64,000 nucleotides of DNA from an uncultured delta proteobacterium (GTDB lineage Bacteria > Desulfobacterota > BSN033 > UBA1163). The notes under the pieces were generated by a model. The model saw only the letters and a program-made list of their open reading frames with translations, ran no database searches and was not told the DNA's origin. The stretch lies in contig CAWHBU010000002.1 of NCBI GenBank assembly GCA_963827685.1, forward strand, positions 576,001-640,000, given 5' to 3'. A program made the position numbers and the translations under genes. Below, piece after piece: positions 36,877 to 48,617 of the stretch (positions are counted from its first letter, which is position 1; every line of letters starts with the position of its first letter).

Positions 36877-37538
36877 TGTTCACTGGAATCATAGAAGACA
36901 AAGGGAAGGTTTTAAGGGTGGAATACCGAGGAAAAGAAAAGAGGTTGGCCATAGGATTGCCACTTTATTTGACAGAAGTGCAACTTGGTGATAGTATTAA
37001 TATAAATGGAGTTTGTTTAACCGTTGTTCAGAAGAAGGGACAGGAAATCGAACTTGATCTGTCCCAAGAGACTCTTCAAAAAACGATATTGGGGGAGTTG
37101 AGAGAAGGGAACCCAGTCAATTTGGAAAGAGCCCTGAGGCTGACAGATCGCCTGGGAGGGCATATTGTAACCGGGCACATTGATGGGATTGGGGTGATTG
37201 TTGAAAAGAGGAAGGAAAGGGATTTCTTTCAATTGAGGATAACGATTCCTGAATCCGTATCAAGGTATGTTGTACAAAAAGGGTCCATCGCCATTGACGG
37301 AATCAGCCTGACGGTGAATGAATATCAGGGAAGAGAGATTCAAATAACCCTGATTCCATACACGGTAGAGAAAACCACTCTCATGGACAAAAAGGTTGGA
37401 GATCGAGTCAATGTGGAAGCTGATATTTTGGGCAAATATGTAGAAAAGCTTTTTGCCCGGGGGGACAGGAAATCTGGTAATATAGATCTGTCTTTTTTAA
37501 TGGAGCACGGTTTTACGAAAGGAGATGGAGAGGTTTAA
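36876..37538 (+). CDS. ribE: Riboflavin synthase
   Basis: MFTGI, NGVCLT, GGHIVTGH, GISLT. Confidence 0.95.
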   Translation: MFTGIIEDKGKVLRVEYRGKEKRLAIGLPLYLTEVQLGDSININGVCLTVVQKKGQEIELDLSQETLQKTILGELREGNPVNLERALRLTDRLGGHIVTGHIDGIGVIVEKRKERDFFQLRITIPESVSRYVVQKGSIAIDGISLTVNEYQGREIQITLIPYTVEKTTLMDKKVGDRVNVEADILGKYVEKLFARGDRKSGNIDLSFLMEHGFTKGDGEV

Positions 37539-38750
37539 ATGATACATAGAATCGAGGCTGCATTAGAGGATATCCGTCAGGGGAAGATGGTGATCCTGGT
37601 CGATGACGAAGATCGGGAAAATGAAGGCGATCTCACCATGGCATCAGAGAAGGTGACGCCTGAGGCCATCAATTTTATGGCAAAGTACGGAAGGGGATTG
37701 ATTTGCCTTTCATTAACCGACGAAAGGCTCAATGAGCTTCGTCTCCCAATGATGGTCTCTGAAAATACGTCACGGTTTCAGACCGCTTTCACCGTCTCCA
37801 TCGATGCACGTAAAGGGGTCACCACGGGTATTTCAGCAGCTGACCGGGCAACCACTATTTTGACTGCTGTGGATGAAAACACCCGGCCCGAAGATTTGGT
37901 CTCACCCGGTCATATATTTCCGTTAAGAGCCAGACAGGGTGGGGTGTTGGTCCGAACCGGCCAGACTGAAGGGTCGGTCGATTTAGCGAGATTAGCAGGG
38001 CTAAAGCCGGCAGGCGTGATCTGCGAGATCATGAAAGATGATGGGACGATGGCAAGGATGCCTGATCTTCAGATCTTTGCTGAAGAACATGGGCTAAAGA
38101 TTGTAACCATTGCCGATTTGATCAAATATCGCCTGAATAAAGAGTCCCTGGTTCGAAGGATTGCCACGGCCACCCTTCCTACAAAATACGGGGGTGTGTT
38201 TACAGCCATTGCCTATGAAAACGATGTGGATTCCTATCACCACATTGCCTTGCTCAAAGGGGAGATTGGACCAGAGGACACAGTCCTGGTGAGGGTTCAT
38301 TCGCAATGTCTCACCGGTGATGTATTCGGATCGAAGCGATGCGACTGCCAAGAACAGCTTCACACGGCCATGGCGATGGTAGAAAAAGAGGGGAAAGGTG
38401 TTATCGTCTATATGAGGCAGGAGGGAAGAGGAATCGGATTGGTCAATAAACTGAGAGCTTACTGTCTTCAAGATATGGGGAAGGATACGGTGGAAGCCAA
38501 TGAGGCACTGGGATTCAAGGCTGATATGAGGGATTATGGAATCGGGGCTCAGATCCTTGCGGATCTTGGTCTTCATAAGATTCGCCTGATGACCAACAAT
38601 CCTCGAAAGATCATCGGTCTGGAAGGATATGGCATTGAGGTGGTCGAGAGGGTACCGATCGAGACAAAACCCCATCAAGAGAATATTGAATACCTTAAGG
38701 CGAAAGCAAAGAAGATGGGTCACCTGCTCTCCATCAAATCGGGAGACTGA
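37539..38750 (+). CDS. ribBA: DHBP synthase / GTP cyclohydrolase II
   Basis: [31 protein letters not shown]. Confidence 0.96.
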   Translation: MIHRIEAALEDIRQGKMVILVDDEDRENEGDLTMASEKVTPEAINFMAKYGRGLICLSLTDERLNELRLPMMVSENTSRFQTAFTVSIDARKGVTTGISAADRATTILTAVDENTRPEDLVSPGHIFPLRARQGGVLVRTGQTEGSVDLARLAGLKPAGVICEIMKDDGTMARMPDLQIFAEEHGLKIVTIADLIKYRLNKESLVRRIATATLPTKYGGVFTAIAYENDVDSYHHIALLKGEIGPEDTVLVRVHSQCLTGDVFGSKRCDCQEQLHTAMAMVEKEGKGVIVYMRQEGRGIGLVNKLRAYCLQDMGKDTVEANEALGFKADMRDYGIGAQILADLGLHKIRLMTNNPRKIIGLEGYGIEVVERVPIETKPHQENIEYLKAKAKKMGHLLSIKSGD

Positions 38751-38836
38751 TGGTGATTGGTGACTCGTGACTCGTGATTTGATAAGAATAATGATAGGTC
38801 ATTAGCGGAGTAAGAATTTCGAATCACGAATCACTG
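38749..38836. repeat. Inverted heptamer array TGACTCG / AATCACG
   Basis: Similar array at 42876-42968. Confidence 0.65.
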
Positions 38837-38864
38837 ACACGGTTCACAATGAAAGGAGAAGAAG

Positions 38865-39347
38865 ATGGTGAAGACCTTCGAAGGCAAATTGATGGCCAAG
38901 GGACTCAAATTTGGGATTGTCTTGAGCCGATTCAATGACTTTATTGGCGAACGACTTCTGGAAGGGGCAATGGATGCCTTACGGCGAAGTGGGGCGGAGG
39001 AGGGGGATTGTGCGGTAGCTCGGGTTCCGGGGGCCTTTGAGATTCCCCTGGTTGCAAAGAAGATGGTCAAGAGCGGGCGATATGATGCCGTCATTTGCTT
39101 AGGCTCTGTGATCCGTGGAGCCACTCCTCATTTTGGTTATATTGCTAATGAGGTCACCAAAGGGATTGCCAGCCTCACCTTGGAAAGTGAAGTTCCTATC
39201 TCCTTCGGGGTGCTGATTACCGATACCATCGAACAGGCGATTGAAAGGGCAGGGACCAAAGTCGGGAACAAAGGTTTTGATGCGGCGATGTCAGCCATCG
39301 AAATGGCCAATCTCGTGAAGGAGATAGGAAAGGGTAAACCCCGTTAG
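38865..39347 (+). CDS. ribH: Lumazine synthase
   Basis: [26 protein letters not shown]. Confidence 0.96.
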   Translation: MVKTFEGKLMAKGLKFGIVLSRFNDFIGERLLEGAMDALRRSGAEEGDCAVARVPGAFEIPLVAKKMVKSGRYDAVICLGSVIRGATPHFGYIANEVTKGIASLTLESEVPISFGVLITDTIEQAIERAGTKVGNKGFDAAMSAIEMANLVKEIGKGKPR

Positions 39348-39495
39348 AACGTCTGCTACTTCATAACGGGAAGGCTCACACGGGGCATTGAACCCCGTGT
39401 TCGCTCCGTTTAGAGATAAATCTCTAACGGGGTTCGCTGAAAAGGGAATAGTTTTCATCCCGGCTGCAAGCAGCGGGGTTTTCTAACGGGGTAAA
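39335..39495. repeat. TAAACCCCGTTAGA...TCTAACGGGGTAAA composite element overlapping the ribH stop
   Basis: Terminal inverted repeat plus an internal extra TCTAACGGGGT. Confidence 0.75.
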
Positions 39496-39502
39496 GGATA
39501 GT

Positions 39503-39922
39503 TTGCGGAAAAGAAGAAAATCGAGGGAGTTCGCTCTCCAGGTTCTTTATCAATTGAATATTACGAAGCAAGAGGCCGTCACGGCCCTCACTCAATTCCA
39601 GGAACATTTTTCACGCAATGGAGAAACAGATGAGTTTCTGAAACGTCTCGTCCTGGGTGTTTTGGAGCATTGCCACGAGTTCGATCGGCTCATCGAACAA
39701 TACTCAGAAAATTGGCGTTTAGATCGGATCAACATGATTGACCGAAATATCCTCCGTATGGCTCTCTTCGAACTTCTCTACTGTGAAGAGATTCCTCCTA
39801 AAGTTACCCTTAACGAAGCCATTGATCTCGGAAAACGATATGGGTCCGAAGACTCTGGAAGTTTTATCAATGGCATTTTAGACCGAATCCAGAATGAGGT
39901 TGTCCGGAAGCCCATGGAATGA
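39503..39922 (+). CDS. nusB: Transcription antitermination factor
   Basis: RRKSREFALQVLY, DRNILR, NEAIDL, FINGILD. Confidence 0.96.
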   Translation: MRKRRKSREFALQVLYQLNITKQEAVTALTQFQEHFSRNGETDEFLKRLVLGVLEHCHEFDRLIEQYSENWRLDRINMIDRNILRMALFELLYCEEIPPKVTLNEAIDLGKRYGSEDSGSFINGILDRIQNEVVRKPME

Positions 39923-40080
39923 AAATAGACTATTGGTTAAGGTCAGGAGGCCCGCTTAGTACAATGAACGATGGACAATGAACAATGAACAAAAAAGATA
40001 ATAAACTGTTCATCGTCCCTAAATAATATGGGGATCGTTACCCTAACCCAACGACCAAGGGCTTCTGATTACGAAGGAAT

Positions 40081-40650
40081 ATGGATATCATTCTTTCCAA
40101 AGAAAGGGTTGATGTTCAGGAGTGCGATGTCCTGGTCAGCGGATTTTTTATGGATGAGAGGCCACTGAAGGGATCGAGTGGCTGGATCGATTGGAGGCTC
40201 AATGGAAAATTATCTCGGCTCCTGATGGAGAAGAAGTTGACCGGCGATTGGAAGGAGGCAACTTTGATCCCCACACAGGGAAGGATTATGCCCCCGTTGA
40301 CCCTTCTCCTCGGTCTTGGAGAAATGAAAGAATACACTTATCTTCGCCTCCGGGAACTCCCTCCCCATCTCTTGGAGATCCTTAAGAAACTGGACGCTAT
40401 CAATGTTTGCCTTTCGCTTCCCTATGAAGAGAGCTACAGCGTGAGTTGTGGTAAATTGGCCGAGGTTCTCATCAAAGGGATCGCGGATTGCTTAAATCTG
40501 AGTGGATATCCATTTAATGGAGAATGGATCAAGAGACTTAGGCTTCATTTCGCGGAAGGGGAAGAGCATTTCTCAGAGATTCTTTCTGGGGTTCACACCG
40601 CCAAGTCCATTTTGACAAAACGCATTCAGGTCAGGATTTCCACTCCCTGA
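40081..40650 (+). CDS. Peptidase M17 N-terminal-domain-like protein
   Basis: DERPLKG...IDWRLNGKLS, LLLGLG; no catalytic domain. Confidence 0.65.
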   Translation: MDIILSKERVDVQECDVLVSGFFMDERPLKGSSGWIDWRLNGKLSRLLMEKKLTGDWKEATLIPTQGRIMPPLTLLLGLGEMKEYTYLRLRELPPHLLEILKKLDAINVCLSLPYEESYSVSCGKLAEVLIKGIADCLNLSGYPFNGEWIKRLRLHFAEGEEHFSEILSGVHTAKSILTKRIQVRISTP

Positions 40651-40749
40651 CAAGGCGCAAGGAGCAAAGAGTCTTAACACCACGCGGTATACCTGCTTGA
40701 GTCTGCCTGCCGGTAGGCAGGCGGTCTGCTTCATGCCATAAAGTGTTTA

Positions 40750-41697
40750 TCAATGAGTGTTTGAAAGTTTTTCTTCGAAATATTGAAGCGTTCTTCTCAG
40801 TCCTTCTTGACGACCTACTTTAGGTTTCCATCCTAATATCGTCTTTGCCTTGGTGATGTCCGGTTGTCTCACCTTGGGGTCATTCTGGGGTAAGGGGCAA
40901 AAAACAATCCGACTTTTACGTCCGGTCAAGTTGAGGATCTCTTTTGCGAAGTCCAAGATGGTAATCTCCTCAGGGTTTCCCAGGTTGACGGGGTCCGCTA
41001 CATCGGAATCAAGAAGTTTTTCGATTCCTTCGATTAAGTCATCCACATAACAGAAACTGCGGGTTTGAGTGCCGTTTCCGTAAACCGTGATATCCTCTCC
41101 TTTCAATGCCTGAACCATAAAGTTGGGCAACGCCCTTCCATCGTCAAGCCTCATACGCGGGCCATAGGTGTTGAAGATTCGTGCAATTCGGGTTTGGAGA
41201 CCGTGCGTCCGGTGGTAAGCCATGGTAATGGCTTCAGCAAACCTTTTCGCTTCATCGTAGACTCCTCTTGGTACCACAGGATCAACATTCCCCGGATACG
41301 ATTCTGGTTGGGGATGGATCATGGGGTCTCCGTAGACCTCAGACGTCGAGGCGAGGAGAAACCTTGCTTTCTTCTCCTTTGCTAAACCGAGTGCTTTATG
41401 AGTGCCCAACGATCCCACTTTCAACGTTTGAATCGGATAGTCAAGGTAATCCTTTGGACTCGCGAGGGATGCGAAGTGGAGGATATGGTTGAGTCTTCCT
41501 TCAACATGAAGGTATTCGGTCACGTCGTATTTGATAAATTTAAATCTTTCATGTTCCATTAAGTGAGCGATATTTTCAATATTCTCTTTTTTGATCAGAT
41601 TATCCATACAGATAACCTCATGCCCCTGAGCAATAAAAAAATCGCAGAGGTGGGAGCCGAGAAATCCTGCTCCTCCCGTAATCAAAGTCCTTTCCAT
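40750..41697 (-). CDS. UDP-glucuronate decarboxylase family SDR
   Basis: [37 protein letters not shown]. Confidence 0.92.
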   Translation of the reverse strand: MERTLITGGAGFLGSHLCDFFIAQGHEVICMDNLIKKENIENIAHLMEHERFKFIKYDVTEYLHVEGRLNHILHFASLASPKDYLDYPIQTLKVGSLGTHKALGLAKEKKARFLLASTSEVYGDPMIHPQPESYPGNVDPVVPRGVYDEAKRFAEAITMAYHRTHGLQTRIARIFNTYGPRMRLDDGRALPNFMVQALKGEDITVYGNGTQTRSFCYVDDLIEGIEKLLDSDVADPVNLGNPEEITILDFAKEILNLTGRKSRIVFCPLPQNDPKVRQPDITKAKTILGWKPKVGRQEGLRRTLQYFEEKLSNTH

Positions 41698-41956
41698 TTT
41701 GTTCCTCCTGCTAAAATCCTCCCAGCCCCCCTTGCTAAAGGGGGAACAGAGGAGATAAATGATCTGCATCGTTCAAGAAAATGAACTATTACGCCTTTTC
41801 AGAAATCTTTTGATGGAGGCTTAACTATTACCATAGTCGAGAGGACTTGTAAACATGTCATTGCCAACCCTTCAACTTTCTTTTGACAATTGGTCCGAAA
41901 TAGGGTAAAAAATGATACCCGTGTAGCATTGAATCTATTCTGGAGGGGCTCGACTT

Positions 41957-42874
41957 ATGGTTCAGAAAGTGTCGAAGATCTGGATGGACGGGAAATTGAT
42001 CCCCTGGGAAGAGGCCAACGTCCACATCCTGACGCATAGTCTTCATTATGGCTTGGGAGTCTTTGAAGGAATCCGATGTTATCTTGGTCATGACGGGAAG
42101 TCCGCAGTCTTCAGATTAAGGGAGCATGTGGACCGACTCTTCGATTCTGCCCAGATCGGAGATATCAAAATCCCTTATTCCAAGAGGGAGATTGCAGAGG
42201 CCTGTAAAGAGACGTTGCGGGTGAATCGATTGAGAGAAGGTTATATCCGACCGATTGTCTTCATTGGAGAAGGGGTGATGGGGGTTTATCCTGGGGATAA
42301 TCCGATCCAGGTAGCAATTATCACATGGTCATGGGGAGCCTATCTGGGAGAAGAAGCTTTGGAGAAGGGAATTCGGGTAAAGGTTTCCTCCTACACGCGT
42401 CATCACGTCAACGTGATGATGACCAAAGCGAAGATCTGCGGGAATTATGTCAATTCGGTTATGGCTAAGAGAGAAGCGGTCAAGATGGGATATGACGAAG
42501 CCTTGATGCTCGATACGGAGGGCTATGTCTCAGAGGCCAGTGGAGAGAATATCTTCATGGTGAAAAACGGGGTGTTGAAAACCACTCCCCTCACCTCCAT
42601 TCTTTCTGGGATCACCCGCGATTCCGTGATTCAAATCGCCAAGGCAAAAAAGATCACTCTGGTGGAGGAGCGATTTACTCGAGATGAACTTTATACGGCT
42701 CAAGAAGCCTTTTTTACAGGGACGGCAGCCGAGCTGACACCTATCCGGGAAGTCGACGATCGTGTCATTGGCAATGGAAAACCAGGTCCAATAACCCGAG
42801 AACTTCAAGCCGCCTTTTTCGATATCGTCAAAGGGAAAAACCCAGAATATAGAGAGTGGCTGGACTATCTTTAA
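41957..42874 (+). CDS. ilvE: Branched-chain amino acid aminotransferase
   Basis: [32 protein letters not shown]. Confidence 0.95.
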   Translation: MVQKVSKIWMDGKLIPWEEANVHILTHSLHYGLGVFEGIRCYLGHDGKSAVFRLREHVDRLFDSAQIGDIKIPYSKREIAEACKETLRVNRLREGYIRPIVFIGEGVMGVYPGDNPIQVAIITWSWGAYLGEEALEKGIRVKVSSYTRHHVNVMMTKAKICGNYVNSVMAKREAVKMGYDEALMLDTEGYVSEASGENIFMVKNGVLKTTPLTSILSGITRDSVIQIAKAKKITLVEERFTRDELYTAQEAFFTGTAAELTPIREVDDRVIGNGKPGPITRELQAAFFDIVKGKNPEYREWLDYL

Positions 42875-42972
42875 ATCGTGGCCCGTGATTCGTGACTTGT
42901 GATTCGTCGAAGTCATTAAAATTATTTTTACTTCACGAATCACCAATCGCCATTAACAATTCACGAAATGAG

Positions 42973-43479
42973 ATGCATCTGATCATCGATGGCTATAATC
43001 TCCTTCACGTTAACCGCTCCTTGACCTGCCTCAATTCCACCGAACTCCGATGGGAGCGGGACCGCCTCATTGATCAACTTTCAGCCTATCAAAAACTTAA
43101 ATCCTGTGGGATGACTGTTGTTTTCGATGGATGGCAAGGAGGTTGGAACACGGAGAAAAGTGAGCATCACAGGGAGATTGAGATCATCTACTCCAAATTA
43201 GGAGAAAAGGCGGATGAGGTGATTAAACGGCTGGTCAAAGAGAAAGGTTCTGGGGCGATTGTCATTACTTCGGATCGAGATATATCAAGATTTGCTGAAC
43301 GCATGGACGTTGCCGTGATTCCCTCTGAGCCATTTCGAGAAAAGCTGGAAGTCTCTCCTAACCGGTTTGAAGAGAGCCTTGAGGAAGAGGAAGAAGAAAG
43401 AGGGGTTAGGAAAAAAGGACTCTCAAGAAGACTTTCAAAAAAGGAGAAAAGAACCAGAGCCGCCTTAAAAAAATTATGA
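42973..43479 (+). CDS. NYN domain (YacP/Rae1-like) nuclease
   Basis: LIIDGYNL, VVFDG, ADEVI, VITSD. Confidence 0.85.
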   Translation: MHLIIDGYNLLHVNRSLTCLNSTELRWERDRLIDQLSAYQKLKSCGMTVVFDGWQGGWNTEKSEHHREIEIIYSKLGEKADEVIKRLVKEKGSGAIVITSDRDISRFAERMDVAVIPSEPFREKLEVSPNRFEESLEEEEEERGVRKKGLSRRLSKKEKRTRAALKKL

Positions 43480-43575
43480 TAATTTAGGAATTACGGAATT
43501 TAGGAATTGCGAATCAAAAGATCAGAATGCCAATTCCTCAATTCCTGAATTCCTCAATCCCCCAATCCCTCAATC
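43480..43575. repeat. Inverted short tandem array GGAATT../AATTCC..
   Basis: Similar array at 7680-7750. Confidence 0.65.
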
Positions 43576-43588
43576 TCTCTGTCCGCAT

Positions 43589-44203
43589 TCAGCGGGCTTT
43601 CCACTTATTCTCTGTTCCTTGCAAAAGTCTGGAGATATTGGATTGGTGTCGATAGAGAATTATGCCGGCAATAATCACACTTACAGTGAAATAGGCCTGA
43701 GATTCATCCCTAAAAAAGGCAATCAGAATCGGAATGGTTGTTGCGCAAATGATGGATCCGAGAGAGATGTACCTCCATTTCCAAACGATCCCTGCAAACA
43801 TTAAAAGTTCAATAAGGACTGGAACCGTTGAGATCGGAAGGTAAAAACCCAAGGCGGTAGCAACGCCCTTTCCACCTTTAAACCCGAGAAAGATTGAGAA
43901 GACGTGACCGAGAAATGGACTTAACCCTGCAAGGGCTATCCATACGTCCCGCGAAAGACCCCATTGATCCGCAGGAACCAAATACATGGCGATAACCGTG
44001 GGAATCACCCCCTTTAACACATCTCCAATTAATGTCAGGATGCCTAATGACCTTCCGACGGTCCGAAAGATATTGGTCGCCCCAATATTTCTACTTCCTA
44101 TTTCTCTTGGGTCCACTTTGGAAAAGAGTTTAGTGAGAAGAAGTCCAGTGGGGACTGAACCTAAGAGATAACCAAAGAGAGCAATGAATATTCCGGTGGG
44201 CAT
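43589..44203 (-). CDS. plsY: Glycerol-3-phosphate acyltransferase
   Basis: YLLGSVP, GSRNIGATN, FKGGKGVATA, RHQSNI. Confidence 0.95.
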   Translation of the reverse strand: MPTGIFIALFGYLLGSVPTGLLLTKLFSKVDPREIGSRNIGATNIFRTVGRSLGILTLIGDVLKGVIPTVIAMYLVPADQWGLSRDVWIALAGLSPFLGHVFSIFLGFKGGKGVATALGFYLPISTVPVLIELLMFAGIVWKWRYISLGSIICATTIPILIAFFRDESQAYFTVSVIIAGIILYRHQSNISRLLQGTENKWKAR

Positions 44204-44217
44204 CGAAGCACCTCACG

Positions 44218-45117
44218 CTAAATGGCTATCCTTCTTCTCCAGTTCACGAGAAAAATCCCCATGGAGACCATGGGAAGGCCTATCATTAAAGAAACAGTCA
44301 GCTCCTCGTGGAGGAGAAGGATTCCGAAAAGAACCCCGAAGATTGGGGTGAAAAAGGTGAAAGCGGAGAGCCTGCTAACTGAATATTTGTGGATGAGCTT
44401 GAACCATACCAAATAAGTAATAAAGGCGATGATGACCGATTGATAGAAGAGAGAGGCGATGATATAAGGGTCGATCCTATAAATCCACTTCGGTTCAAGG
44501 ATGATGCTCACGGCGAGCAAAATGGGGATCGAGAAGAAAAGCTGATAAAGGAAGGTGTGTATCGGTTCAACCCTTTTTGCCATAAACTTCTTGATGTAAA
44601 GGGTTGTGGCTCCCCACAAGACGGCAGCCGTGATCTGCAAAATATCTCCCAAGAACATGGTTGTTTTGGCTGTTTTGGGTCTGCCGCCAAAGACGACGAA
44701 GATGCCAGTAAAAGCCAAGATGAGACCTAAACTTTTTGCGATGGTCAGCCGGTCCTCTTTGAGAAAGAAATGAGCCCCAATGGCCACGACAAAGGGGCTC
44801 AGATAGACGAAGAGCACAGAGCGGGCGGCATCTGTATAGAGCAAGCCGAAGTAGATACAGGCGAACTCTGCTCCAAACAAAAGACCCACCATGACCCCGT
44901 GAAAGAGCATCACATCCGTGTGGAATAACTTCTCTTCCTTCCTGAGGCAGTAGATCAGCCCACAAATTGAAGCAACGATGGATCGTAAAGTTGATGCAAA
45001 AATGGGTGAGACACCTTGATTCGAATATTTGATAACAGGATAATTAAAGCCCCAAAGCAAAGTCACGATAACCAGCGTGACAACGGCTTTAAGATCCAAA
45101 TAATCTTTGCTCTCCAT
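44218..45117 (-). CDS. EamA/DMT family transporter
   Basis: Two EamA repeats, about 10 TM. Confidence 0.9.
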   Translation of the reverse strand: MESKDYLDLKAVVTLVIVTLLWGFNYPVIKYSNQGVSPIFASTLRSIVASICGLIYCLRKEEKLFHTDVMLFHGVMVGLLFGAEFACIYFGLLYTDAARSVLFVYLSPFVVAIGAHFFLKEDRLTIAKSLGLILAFTGIFVVFGGRPKTAKTTMFLGDILQITAAVLWGATTLYIKKFMAKRVEPIHTFLYQLFFSIPILLAVSIILEPKWIYRIDPYIIASLFYQSVIIAFITYLVWFKLIHKYSVSRLSAFTFFTPIFGVLFGILLLHEELTVSLMIGLPMVSMGIFLVNWRRRIAI

Positions 45118-45401
45118 TTTTCTGTTTTTTACACCATAATAACTTTTTTTGCAATATCCATCGAATTTTTACTCCGAGGGGTATAATTTCTAATCTCAAA
45201 TCTTCGTTAACTTCATTCTACTATTTTAGTAAGCTCTTATGTTGTCTAAGGACATGTTGAGATTTGCTGAAGAATCAAGATTGAGTTAACCACTTCATAG
45301 AAGGGCTATGTTGAAATAAGATTCATTAATTCTTAGAAAAGTCTTGGACCCATCTCACACAGGGGGACTTAACGATGAAGAATTAAATCTTAGATACAGT
45401 C

Positions 45402-45635
45402 ATGAATGAGATATTCCCAAGGAAGGTGAAGGGATCCATGCTTAGCGAAGAAGTCTACGATCAACTCAAGAAGATGATTCTTTCCGAGAAATTCAAGAAG
45501 GGGCAAAGGTTAATTGAAGAGAGACTTGTTCATCGGCTAAATGTGAGCAGGAATCCTGTCCGGATAGCGTTCCTTCGTTTACGCAAGGAGAAGCTGGTTA
45601 TCTGGAAATATAGAAACGGAACTTTTGTCGCTTGA
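45402..45635 (+). CDS. GntR-family winged-HTH-only protein
   Basis: LSEEVYDQLKKMI...GQRLIE...VSRNPVR...GTFV. Confidence 0.8.
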   Translation: MNEIFPRKVKGSMLSEEVYDQLKKMILSEKFKKGQRLIEERLVHRLNVSRNPVRIAFLRLRKEKLVIWKYRNGTFVA

Positions 45636-45747
45636 GATTTTTGATCCAGAACCCGGGCAGAGAGAAAAGGTTACTTTTTGCATATTAAAGATATTGGCGT
45701 AAAGCGGAACAGTTTCTGGATCACATTTGCAAAAAACAAGTTGACTT

Positions 45748-46614
45748 TTAGGGCGGTTTTTTCCTTTTCATTTCTTCGATGTCAATATCTACCTGCTTGA
45801 GCTTCTGGATGAGATAGTTTAATTCCTCATTTTCTTCGAGAATCCCCACCCAGGTTTTTGCCTGTTCGACAAAAGAACTCTTGGGGTAGTGCTTTATCAG
45901 TCTTTTGAAATATTCCAGAGATTTTTCAAGATCCTTCTGTGGATTTCTGAAATGGGCATAAATAAGTCCTAAATTTAAAAGGGCCTCGTCTTTTGGGGAT
46001 CTGGGATCGGGCAGAGATAAAACCTTCTGGTTTTCAACAACCGCCCCCTCATAATTCCCCTGAGCAAGAAGCTTCTGACTTCGGATGACGTGCTCTCTGC
46101 CTTCTCCATATTCTTCAAATTTTGTTTCCTGTTGATTCCTTCTTCTTAGTTCCTTTAACGATTCTTTCCTCTCCTCCCAATTCTTAGCCGCCTCTCCTAA
46201 TTTTTCAGCTTTTTTAGCTGTTTCCAAATTCTCCAGAAGCACCCCCACCCATATCTTGGCTTGTTCCACCTGATGAGTTTTAGGGTAATCATTTGGTATT
46301 TTCAGAAAGAGATTAAGGGATTTTTTATAATCTCTTTTGGGATTTCCGAAATGAGCATAGACGAGACCCATATTATAAAGGGCCTCAGCTTTTAGAGGTT
46401 TGTCAAGGGGAAGAGAAAGAACCTTTTGAAACTCGTCCACGGCCCCATCGTAATTCCTCTGAGAGAGAAGTGTCTGACCGCGCAAGAGATATTCCTGGGC
46501 CTGATTTCGTAAACGGGCATTCTCAATCCCTGCGCAACTGAAAAGGGGAATAAGAATCAGGCTGGCAGTACAAAAATAAACGTACTTCCATGCCCTGATC
46601 TGCTCTCTACCCAT
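45748..46614 (-). CDS. TPR lipoprotein (two internal repeats, C-terminal coiled coil)
   Basis: Lipobox LFSC; duplicated EAL.N.GL.YAHF.NP...YPK...QAK.WVG; ends LKQVDID. Confidence 0.8.
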   Translation of the reverse strand: MGREQIRAWKYVYFCTASLILIPLFSCAGIENARLRNQAQEYLLRGQTLLSQRNYDGAVDEFQKVLSLPLDKPLKAEALYNMGLVYAHFGNPKRDYKKSLNLFLKIPNDYPKTHQVEQAKIWVGVLLENLETAKKAEKLGEAAKNWEERKESLKELRRRNQQETKFEEYGEGREHVIRSQKLLAQGNYEGAVVENQKVLSLPDPRSPKDEALLNLGLIYAHFRNPQKDLEKSLEYFKRLIKHYPKSSFVEQAKTWVGILEENEELNYLIQKLKQVDIDIEEMKRKKPP

Positions 46615-48017
46615 ATTTTGCCACCATGACGCGTTATGATCTGCTTGGCAATGGCTAAACCCAAGCCTGTCCCCTGGATTGGAGACGATCCTCCGGTAGC
46701 TGCCTGTTGAAATTTTTCGAAAATGGTGATGAGATTTCCCGGGGGTATGCCAGGACCCGTGTCCGCAACCGAAACTACCACCGCATGGTCGGCAGACCGA
46801 ACGGAAATCCTTACTCGACCCGCCTCAGGAGTGAACTTAACGGCGTTTCCAATAATATTCCGTAGCGCTTGAAGAATCCTTTCGCTGTCGATCTTTATGA
46901 CAGGCAATCCCTCCATGGCCATTACTTCAAGATGGATTTTTTTGGCTTCTACGAGAGGGCCTATCTCCTCAACCGCTTGATCAATCAGAGGACGAATATT
47001 TTTGGGCTCAAGATTAAATGACATCATTCCTGCTTCCATTTTGGAAAGGTCTAATAAGGAGTTGAGCATTCCTATCAGTCGGTTACTCTCCTTTTCGAGC
47101 ACAGTCAGGAGATTTCTTTGCCCTTCTGTAACCGGTCCTTCTGCGCCTTCCTTGAGGAGGCCTGTTCCCATTCTGATCGTAGAGAGAGGATTGCGCAACT
47201 CGTGTGCGATCGAAGAGAAAAAATCCGACTTCATCTTATCTAATTCTTTCAGCTTATTACACATGAGATTAAAAGCACCTGCTAACTCCGCTAATTCTGG
47301 TGGAGAAGAAAGGTGGAGATCCTCTTTGAAATTTCCCTTTCCGATTTCTTTGGTCTTTTTTTCAAGAAGAGAGAGGGGATGGGTAATACTTCTATTAATC
47401 AATAAAGAAATAACAATGCCAAATATCAAGAAGGCTCCGGTCATCACCATTGCCGTTCGCCACAATTTGATTCCGATCTCATGTAACCCCTTAATCTTAT
47501 CGGTGGTATTCTGCCTCATGCTCGTTTCTAATTTTCCAAGCTCATCTATGATCGATTTTGTAGCTTTTTCCTTTTCCTGGTTGAACGATTGGCGAGAATA
47601 ACTGTTGCCAGCCTTCAGATGTTCCCATTCCTTATGGACCAACGAGTGGAAAGTTTGATAGGAATCCTTAATGTTTTTCAAAGAGGTTCTCGTTTGGGAC
47701 GAATCCGCGATGGACGTCATCTCCTCCAGATATCGATCAAAATCACTCTTAAGCAGCAGAAACTCGTTGAAAAACACATCGTCTTTAGAGATGATAAATT
47801 TCCTCTCGTATCGCACCTGTGAGAAAATAATATCTGAAAGTTTAGCTGCGTCGTCAATCATCCGGTTATTGATTGTTAAAACAGATTGGGTCACTTTATT
47901 GATCCGATCCATTTGAACAATAGCGTATGTACTCATCCCTGTCACGATAGTGAAAATAATAAGGACCCCCATAATAAGTCTTGAAAATATGGTAAGTTTC
48001 ATTTTTGGGAAGTTCAT
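46557..48017 (-). CDS. Membrane-bound sensor histidine kinase (HAMP-HisKA-HATPase)
   Basis: AHELRNPL, NAVKF, DTGPG, GTGLGL. Confidence 0.95.
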   Translation of the reverse strand: MNFPKMKLTIFSRLIMGVLIIFTIVTGMSTYAIVQMDRINKVTQSVLTINNRMIDDAAKLSDIIFSQVRYERKFIISKDDVFFNEFLLLKSDFDRYLEEMTSIADSSQTRTSLKNIKDSYQTFHSLVHKEWEHLKAGNSYSRQSFNQEKEKATKSIIDELGKLETSMRQNTTDKIKGLHEIGIKLWRTAMVMTGAFLIFGIVISLLINRSITHPLSLLEKKTKEIGKGNFKEDLHLSSPPELAELAGAFNLMCNKLKELDKMKSDFFSSIAHELRNPLSTIRMGTGLLKEGAEGPVTEGQRNLLTVLEKESNRLIGMLNSLLDLSKMEAGMMSFNLEPKNIRPLIDQAVEEIGPLVEAKKIHLEVMAMEGLPVIKIDSERILQALRNIIGNAVKFTPEAGRVRISVRSADHAVVVSVADTGPGIPPGNLITIFEKFQQAATGGSSPIQGTGLGLAIAKQIITRHGGKIWVESRSGHGSTFIFVLPA

Positions 48018-48182
48018 CCTCGCAAAAGGCTAATCATTTCACCAAAGAGACTTGACCCCAATCTTAAGAACGACGCACTGTATTATACCACAAAGTAAAA
48101 ATAAATGGCATATAGAAAGAGACTTGAAGAACAAAGCTTAAGAAATCAATTTTAGGATCTCAACTCAAGAAAAAATCGCTGC

Positions 48183-48219
48183 AAAAAAAGGGCTAACCTG
48201 CCTAAGTTGCCCCTTTTTT
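48183..48219. terminator. Rho-independent terminator (bidirectional-looking)
   Basis: A7-GGGC.AAC...GTTGCCC-T6. Confidence 0.65.
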
Positions 48220-48366
48220 CTAAACCCTCAGACGGAGTCAAAGCGGCTACCCGCTGATTACAAATGGTCTTGAGACTTTATTCATGACAGTAAGTTGTCA
48301 GGTCTGTTGAAGTAAATTGTAATACAGGTTTGCGCAATTGAAAGAGTTCGTTTCCCAATATGCTTC

Positions 48367-48585
48367 TTACTCCGTAAACTTAAGAATTTCACCTGAATTT
48401 TTATCTATCGTTATCGTAGTAAAAAAGATGTCATCAGAATCCATATTCTCTCCCAAAATCGTTCTCACCCAATTCATAATCGATTCCGGGGTTATTCTTA
48501 ACGGATTCTTTCTCCTCTCAGGAAGTGTTCCAATGAGTTGGTACCCCTTTATTGGGTCACGCCAGTAGAATTCATAGGCTAGCAT
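48367..48585 (-). CDS. Small hypothetical protein
   Basis: RBS AGGGGG; MLAYEFYWRD...LIGTLPERRKNP.RIT.ESIMNW. Confidence 0.7.
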   Translation of the reverse strand: MLAYEFYWRDPIKGYQLIGTLPERRKNPLRITPESIMNWVRTILGENMDSDDIFFTTITIDKNSGEILKFTE

Positions 48586-48617
48586 TTCTACCCCCTTGGC
48601 TCTTCAGCAGAATACAT

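Noticed and set aside
48240-48360. c-di-GMP-I (GEMM) riboswitch
   Set aside because: It has GCGCAAA and CAGCGGGTAGCCG-like pieces, but lacks the GNRA-capped P1 hairpin and the conserved P2 receptor. Kept only as an unknown-motif candidate.
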